DNA of 64,000 nucleotides from an uncultured Gammaproteobacteria bacterium (GTDB lineage Bacteria; Patescibacteriota; Microgenomatia; Levybacterales; GWA1-39-11): NCBI GenBank assembly GCA_964409875.1, contig CAYPEN010000005.1, positions 11,569 to 75,568 of the forward strand, read 5' to 3'. Shown piece by piece: positions 59,674 to 64,000 of this stretch (position 1 is its first letter; each line of letters starts with the position of its first letter). The notes under the pieces were generated by a model. It saw only the letters and a program-made list of their open reading frames with translations, ran no database searches and was not told where the DNA came from. The position numbers and the translations under genes were made by a program.

Positions 59674-60998
59674 CAGTAGTGTCCCAACGTTATCGGCGTA
59701 GTCAGCTGTAAATCTTTGCCACTAAAGAGATTTTTCATGATTTTTGCTGTCACCGACTTGAACTGTAAATACACAGTTTGCGACCTTGCGATGTATTCGA
59801 TCGCAGGAGCAAATCATGTATTCGGGCAAGCTGGTTTTCGCACAACTCATGGAGCATCTACCGCTGCATACTTTTCGCCGGATCGTGGCGCGCTATGCCG
59901 GCGAACACAAAGTGAAATCGTTTTCCTGTCTCGATCATTTTCTTTGCATGGCATTCGCACAGCTGACGTTTCGCGAGAGCTTGCGCGATATCGAAACGTG
60001 TCTGCGTGCGCAACAATCCAAGCTGTATCACTTGGGCATTCGATCGAGCGTCGCACGCAACACGCTCGCGAATGCCAACGCCGTGCGCGATTGGCGCATC
60101 TATGCCGATTTCGCGCAGAGCCTGATTGGCATCGCGCGCCCGCTGTATGCCGAAGACACATTTGGCGTCGATTTGAAGAACACCGTTTACGCGCTCGACA
60201 CCACGACGATCGACCTGTGTTTGTCGGTGTTTCCGTGGGCACCGTTTCGTTCGGCCAAAGCGGCTGTGAAGATGCACACGCTGCTCGATTTGCGCGGCAA
60301 TATTCCCAGCTTTATTCATATCAGCGACGGCAAACTGCACGAGGTCAATATCCTCGATCAATTGCTGCCGGAAGCCGGTGCTTTTTACGTTATGGATCGC
60401 GGCTTCACCGATTTTGCGCGCTTGTTTCGGTTTCACGAAGCGGGCAGTTTCTTTGTCATTCGCGCCAAATCCAATCTCAAAGCACGGCGTCGCTACTCGC
60501 GTCCGGTCGATCGCAGTACGGGGTTGATCTGCGATCAAACCGTGGTCTTCAACGGCTTTTATGCACGCAAGGATTTCGAAGCACCGCTGCGGCGTATTCG
60601 TTTCAAAGATCCCGAGACGGCCAAGACGCTGATCTTTTTGACCAACAATTTTGCGCTGCCCGCACTGACGATCACCGAGCTGTATCGGTGCCGCTGGCAA
60701 GTCGAATTGTTTTTCAAATGGATCAAACAACATCTGCGGATCAAAGCCTTTTTCGGTACATCCGAGAACGCGGTAAAGACGCAAATCTGGATTGCCGTCT
60801 CGGTTTACGTGCTCGTGGCCATTGTCAAAAAACGTCTCAACCTATCAGCCAGTCTCTACGAAATCCTACAGATCCTGAGCCTGACCTTATTCGAGAGAAT
60901 CCCTTTGGATCAATTACTTGCAAAAATCATCACCGACGAAATTCAGTCAACAGCTGAAAATCAGCTGTTTTTGTTTGAATAACGTTGGGACACTACTG
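59674..60998 (+). mobile_element. Intact insertion sequence (DDE transposase, IS4/IS5-superfamily-like) with 21-bp perfect terminal IRs and 9-bp TSD
   Basis: IRL cagtagtgtcccaacgttat (59674-59694) is the exact reverse complement of IRR (60978-60998). Flanking direct repeat ATGTTGAGC at 59665-59673 and 60999-61007. Confidence 0.85.
59786..60982 (+). CDS. IS transposase (DDE_Tnp_1-type)
   Basis: 398-aa ORF; likely start is MYSGKL at 59816. C-terminal YRCRWQVELFFKWIKQHL is the IS4/IS5-type DDE 'YREK' region. Stop lies within the IRR. Confidence 0.8.
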   Translation: MRCIRSQEQIMYSGKLVFAQLMEHLPLHTFRRIVARYAGEHKVKSFSCLDHFLCMAFAQLTFRESLRDIETCLRAQQSKLYHLGIRSSVARNTLANANAVRDWRIYADFAQSLIGIARPLYAEDTFGVDLKNTVYALDTTTIDLCLSVFPWAPFRSAKAAVKMHTLLDLRGNIPSFIHISDGKLHEVNILDQLLPEAGAFYVMDRGFTDFARLFRFHEAGSFFVIRAKSNLKARRRYSRPVDRSTGLICDQTVVFNGFYARKDFEAPLRRIRFKDPETAKTLIFLTNNFALPALTITELYRCRWQVELFFKWIKQHLRIKAFFGTSENAVKTQIWIAVSVYVLVAIVKKRLNLSASLYEILQILSLTLFERIPLDQLLAKIITDEIQSTAENQLFLFE

Positions 60999-61057
60999 AT
61001 GTTGAGCGTAATTTCATACATGCTTGGCGATACCTGGTCGATGGAGCGCGGGAGCGC

Positions 61058-61444
61058 ATGGGATTCTTGTTAAGCACGAGTTTTTTGAATAAAGGTTATC
61101 AGGTGTTTGATATGGCAATGAATGATGTCTATGCGGATATAGAGCCGACACGTGCCGACATTGATGCGCTGAGGGGAGCTAGCATCATCGAGTTTGGTAA
61201 CCCTTGGTGTGGCCACTGTCGTGCAGCGCAACCGATGCTCGCCGCCGCGTTGGCCGATCATCCATCTATTCGGCATCTCAAGATTGAAGACGGCAGCGGG
61301 CGCCTCTTGGGGCGGGCGTTCAAAGTGAAGCTTTGGCCGACATTGATTTTTCTGCGCGACGGCCAGGAGGTTGCGCGCCTTGTTCGACCCGCAAACGAAA
61401 ATCTAATTCGGCAGGCGTTTGCGGAGATTAATGCGGCAAATTGA
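61058..61444 (+). CDS. Thioredoxin-family protein
   Basis: WCGHC active site. Start is probably Met ~61112-61118. Confidence 0.7.
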   Translation: MGFLLSTSFLNKGYQVFDMAMNDVYADIEPTRADIDALRGASIIEFGNPWCGHCRAAQPMLAAALADHPSIRHLKIEDGSGRLLGRAFKVKLWPTLIFLRDGQEVARLVRPANENLIRQAFAEINAAN

Positions 61445-61499
61445 TGCAGCGAATTCGTGTGCTGCCTGCGCCTCAAAGAATTGTTACGACGTAGCAGCG

Positions 61500-61952
61500 C
61501 TAGCGAATCGTTTGGCGAATACTGAACGCACCGCGTATATCGCCAGCTTTGTAACCAGCGGCTTGATCAGTCGGATAAAGGGACTGAATTTTTGTGGATA
61601 CTGACGCCGGGATATCGTTCCCGTGGCACATCAGACAAGGGCCATTAGGCACAATCACAATGGCTTTCATGTAGCGATTTTCTATGTTTTCGCCATTGCG
61701 AATCACTTCTAGAAATTCAAATGTGGACGGATCTTCGCCATTGGCCTTTCGCGCTGAAAAACTCTCCAGGACACGTTGCTCCCATTCGTCCGGTACATTT
61801 TTTGGATTGCGAACTTTCAGGCTGGTGCGACGCATCGTCCAGTGGTGCTTGTTCGAAAGATCCGCGGCAATGGCCGCTGCTTTTTTGTTGCACACGTCGA
61901 TCGCATGGACAGGGCCACCGGCCGATATCGCATTCGTTAGTCCAGTTTGCAA
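61500..61952 (-). CDS. DUF3365-like c-type haem-binding protein (paralog 2, no signal peptide in ORF)
   Basis: CLMCHG (CxxCH) motif. ~50% identical over the C-terminal 120 aa to the 62990-63562 protein. Confidence 0.5.
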   Translation of the reverse strand: MQTGLTNAISAGGPVHAIDVCNKKAAAIAADLSNKHHWTMRRTSLKVRNPKNVPDEWEQRVLESFSARKANGEDPSTFEFLEVIRNGENIENRYMKAIVIVPNGPCLMCHGNDIPASVSTKIQSLYPTDQAAGYKAGDIRGAFSIRQTIR

Positions 61953-62268
61953 TGTCTTTGAAAATTCGGCTGTTGCGGTTCGGTAAGCGATAGTGGGTGT
62001 TTCGTTGGAGCTCGATTCGGCTTTGGCGATACTGGCAATCAGACACCTCTCTATGGCAATGATTTTCGCCTAAATGGGTGTCCGGTTTCATTAAGCCACT
62101 ACAGAATCCATCAAGTAAAGACCGTCCTATCCCTTAAATATAATTTCACAATTGCTGAGCATAAGCTTGAGCTATCCAAGCGGTCATTCAAAACCATTCT
62201 ATTGAGACGTATCTTGAACGGCAACAATGGCCGAATAGCGCCCCACCCATCGGGGCGCAAAAGCTCAG

Positions 62269-62895
62269 TCAGATTTCGGTCTGCTCGGACATTTCTAATG
62301 CGTCATCCACTTCTATACCCAGATAGCGAACCGTGCTTTCGAGCCGGGAATGGCCCAATAGCAATTGCACGGCCCGTAAGTTCTTCGTCCTTCGATAAAT
62401 CAACGACACCTTGGTCCGTCGCATTGAGTGCGTGCCATACAGTGAACTGTCCAAACCAATCTCGTTAATCCATCCGTGCAGGATTCTGGCGTACTGTCTG
62501 GTTGATAAGTGCGGCGAACCATGTAGCCGGCTCGGAAAGAGAAAGTCACCGCTGCCGAGATGTGCCATTGCAATCCACTCGACAATGGCTGCTCGAGTGG
62601 TCTCTGTGATCTCGAACTGCACTGGCCGCTGAGTTTTCTGTTGCAGGACCATTGCTCTTGGCGCAATTTGATTCCCGTGCGCAACGTCATTCACCCTTAA
62701 TTTGACCAGATCACAAGCTCTCAATTTGCTATCGATGGCCAAATTAAATAGCGCCAGATCGCGCTTCCGCTGGGCCAATTGCAGCCGTACGCGTATTGCC
62801 CAAATATCCTTCAACTTCAACGGCGATTTCTGCCCAATCAGTTTGGCCTTGTTCCAGGGTGCAGGTTTCTCGGAAGTTAACGGCATCGTATTCAT
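62269..62895 (-). CDS. Short tyrosine-type recombinase/integrase (catalytic domain only)
   Basis: 208 aa. C-terminal catalytic signature ...GTHSMRRT...LLGHSRLESTVRYL (R-H-R-Y). No N-terminal SAM-like/arm-binding domain. Confidence 0.7.
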   Translation of the reverse strand: MNTMPLTSEKPAPWNKAKLIGQKSPLKLKDIWAIRVRLQLAQRKRDLALFNLAIDSKLRACDLVKLRVNDVAHGNQIAPRAMVLQQKTQRPVQFEITETTRAAIVEWIAMAHLGSGDFLFPSRLHGSPHLSTRQYARILHGWINEIGLDSSLYGTHSMRRTKVSLIYRRTKNLRAVQLLLGHSRLESTVRYLGIEVDDALEMSEQTEI

Positions 62896-62989
62896 GGCAG
62901 CCTCCTACCATGTGGACGGGAGGCAATTGTGCGCCATGACATTCAAATGGGGGATAGTCGGCCATAGCTGTCGTTTGAGCAAGCATCAA

Positions 62990-63562
62990 TTAATTTGTTA
63001 TAGACGGCCGCTTAATACTGATCGCACCGCGTACCGCGCCAATGGTATAGCCTGTCGCCTGGTCATCCGGGTACAGCTCGCGTAATTTTGTTTTTACATC
63101 CTCTGGAATTTCGGCAACGTTGCCGTGGCAGGAAAGGCACAGAGGCTGTGTTGGCAATGCCTTCATGTATCGATATGTGTCGTCGATTATCTCGGCTTTC
63201 TCCAGCGTTGCAGCATCTGCACCTGAGGCGACGCGTTGATCGAATTCGGTCAATACCGCTTTTTCCCACGCATCTGGCACCGCTTTGGGGTTGCGATTTT
63301 TCAGGCTGACGCGGCGAATTTGCCAGCCGGTTTTGGCCGATATCTCTTTCGCCGTTTGCGGCGCTTTATTGCGGCAGGCAGCGATTGCGGAGACCAACCC
63401 ACCTGCCGCCATTTCTTTTTGCAGCTCGGTCATGAGTTTGGGCGGCATTGCTGTCGCCACGGCGCGGGTTTCCTGCAACAGAGTGTCTTCAGCTGCATGT
63501 GCCAGCATTGGCAGAGCCATCATCGCAATCAGCAATCGTTGTCGTGAAGTTGGTGTTTTCAT
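62990..63562 (-). CDS. DUF3365-like c-type haem-binding periplasmic protein (paralog 1)
   Basis: Start at MKTPTSRQRLLIAMMALPMLAHA (signal peptide). CLSCHG haem-binding motif. 4-nt ATGA overlap with the upstream rhodanese gene. Confidence 0.55.
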   Translation of the reverse strand: MKTPTSRQRLLIAMMALPMLAHAAEDTLLQETRAVATAMPPKLMTELQKEMAAGGLVSAIAACRNKAPQTAKEISAKTGWQIRRVSLKNRNPKAVPDAWEKAVLTEFDQRVASGADAATLEKAEIIDDTYRYMKALPTQPLCLSCHGNVAEIPEDVKTKLRELYPDDQATGYTIGAVRGAISIKRPSITN

Positions 63563-63993
63563 AGGGGTTCTCCTCTCACATGCGTGGATTCTTGATTCGA
63601 CTGCCGGGCCATGCCCCACTCGACAACCCCATCGCGCAGTTGCATGGCCTCGTACCCGTGTTCGCGCAGCAGACGCACCGCATCGCCGGACAGCAGGCAG
63701 AAACCGCCACGACAATAGGCAACGATGGGTTTGTCCTTGGGCAGTTCGGAGAGGCGCTGACTCAGTTCAGTCAGGGGCAGGGAGCGGGCAAGTGGCAGAT
63801 GGGCCTGATCGTATTCATTGGCGGGGCGAACATCGATGATCACGATCTCACCCAAACGCGCCTTGCGCAGCAGCTCGTCGCGCTGCTCGGTTCGCCATTC
63901 GCCGTTCGAGCCGGCAAGTTGCGCCAGCGTTTCCTGTAACTCGAATAGCCGGGCGTGGGCCAAACTGCGCAGCGCCACCCACAGCTCTGGCAC
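63559..63993 (-). CDS. Rhodanese-domain protein (possibly N-terminally incomplete at window edge)
   Basis: Rhodanese active-site loop IVAYCRGGFC and ...IIDVRPANEY.... The ORF reaches within 7 nt of the window end. Confidence 0.55.
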   Translation of the reverse strand: MPELWVALRSLAHARLFELQETLAQLAGSNGEWRTEQRDELLRKARLGEIVIIDVRPANEYDQAHLPLARSLPLTELSQRLSELPKDKPIVAYCRGGFCLLSGDAVRLLREHGYEAMQLRDGVVEWGMARQSNQESTHVRGEPL

Positions 63994-64000
63994 TTCCTTG

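Noticed and set aside
59847-60784. 308-aa and 131-aa minus-strand ORFs inside the IS
   Set aside because: They are fully antisense to the transposase ORF, which has the recognisable DDE/YREK region. The plus-strand gene is the real one.

Overview
This 64-kb window reads as the backbone plus accessory load of a large, self-transmissible, iteron-type plasmid (or a plasmid-like conjugative element) from a GC-rich (~58-60%) environmental proteobacterium. All calls below come from reading the six-frame translations and the DNA directly; no database searches were run.

Main blocks, in order:
- **0.4-1.4 kb:** an Abi_2 (AbiD/AbiF-like) abortive-infection gene.
- **1.9-10.7 kb, maintenance/mobilisation backbone (mostly minus strand):** mobA relaxase and mobC; a parS/oriT-like palindrome region; parB1-parA1; an iteron oriV with a consensus DnaA box; the rep gene; a KorB-like parB2-parA2 pair; a KorA/TrfB-like repressor. 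A 17-21-bp palindrome TGTCCCCCWGGGGGACA sits at three backbone promoters.
- **10.7-13.8 kb, low-GC (~45%) island:** an ABM monooxygenase, a SIR2-like (DUF4917-type, GNGFS/TNYD/LHG motifs) protein, a small Mrr/PD-(D/E)xK-like protein and a serine resolvase. This is the best candidate in the window for a new two-gene anti-phage/NADase defence cassette.
- **14.3-25 kb, heavy-metal island:** cadR (MerR family) divergent from a cadA/zntA P1B-type ATPase; czcI-like gene plus czcCBA; a SAM methyltransferase; a His-rich-tailed DMT/EamA transporter.
- **25-33 kb:** redox/catabolic accessory genes (two SDRs, an OYE/FadH-like flavoenzyme, a PPOX-like protein, an alpha/beta hydrolase, a HIBADH-like dehydrogenase, two TetR regulators).
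- **33.9-39.7 kb, leading-region-like block:** ssb-like gene, DUF3560, ArdC-N-like gene, small conserved ORFs, a zeta-toxin-like kinase preceded by a putative antitoxin, and a duplicated AT-rich promoter-like element.
- **39.7-40.2 kb:** a hairpin-rich GC-rich non-coding region.
- **40.2-53.7 kb:** a complete VirB1-VirB11/VirD4 type IV secretion system, with an Eex-like lipoprotein and a trailing LPD7-like protein.
- **53.7-59.7 kb:** a small secreted Cys-rich protein, a plasmid-borne CsrA/RsmA homologue, an OmpA-like lipoprotein, an SNase-family nuclease, and a TetR-regulated MacAB-like ABC efflux set (adaptor/permease/ATPase).
- **59.7-61.0 kb:** an intact IS (DDE transposase) with 21-bp perfect terminal inverted repeats and a 9-bp target-site duplication.
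- **61.0-64.0 kb:** a thioredoxin, two DUF3365 c-type-haem (CxxCH) paralogs flanking a short tyrosine recombinase, and a partial rhodanese-domain gene at the window edge.

No rRNA, tRNA or CRISPR array was recognised.
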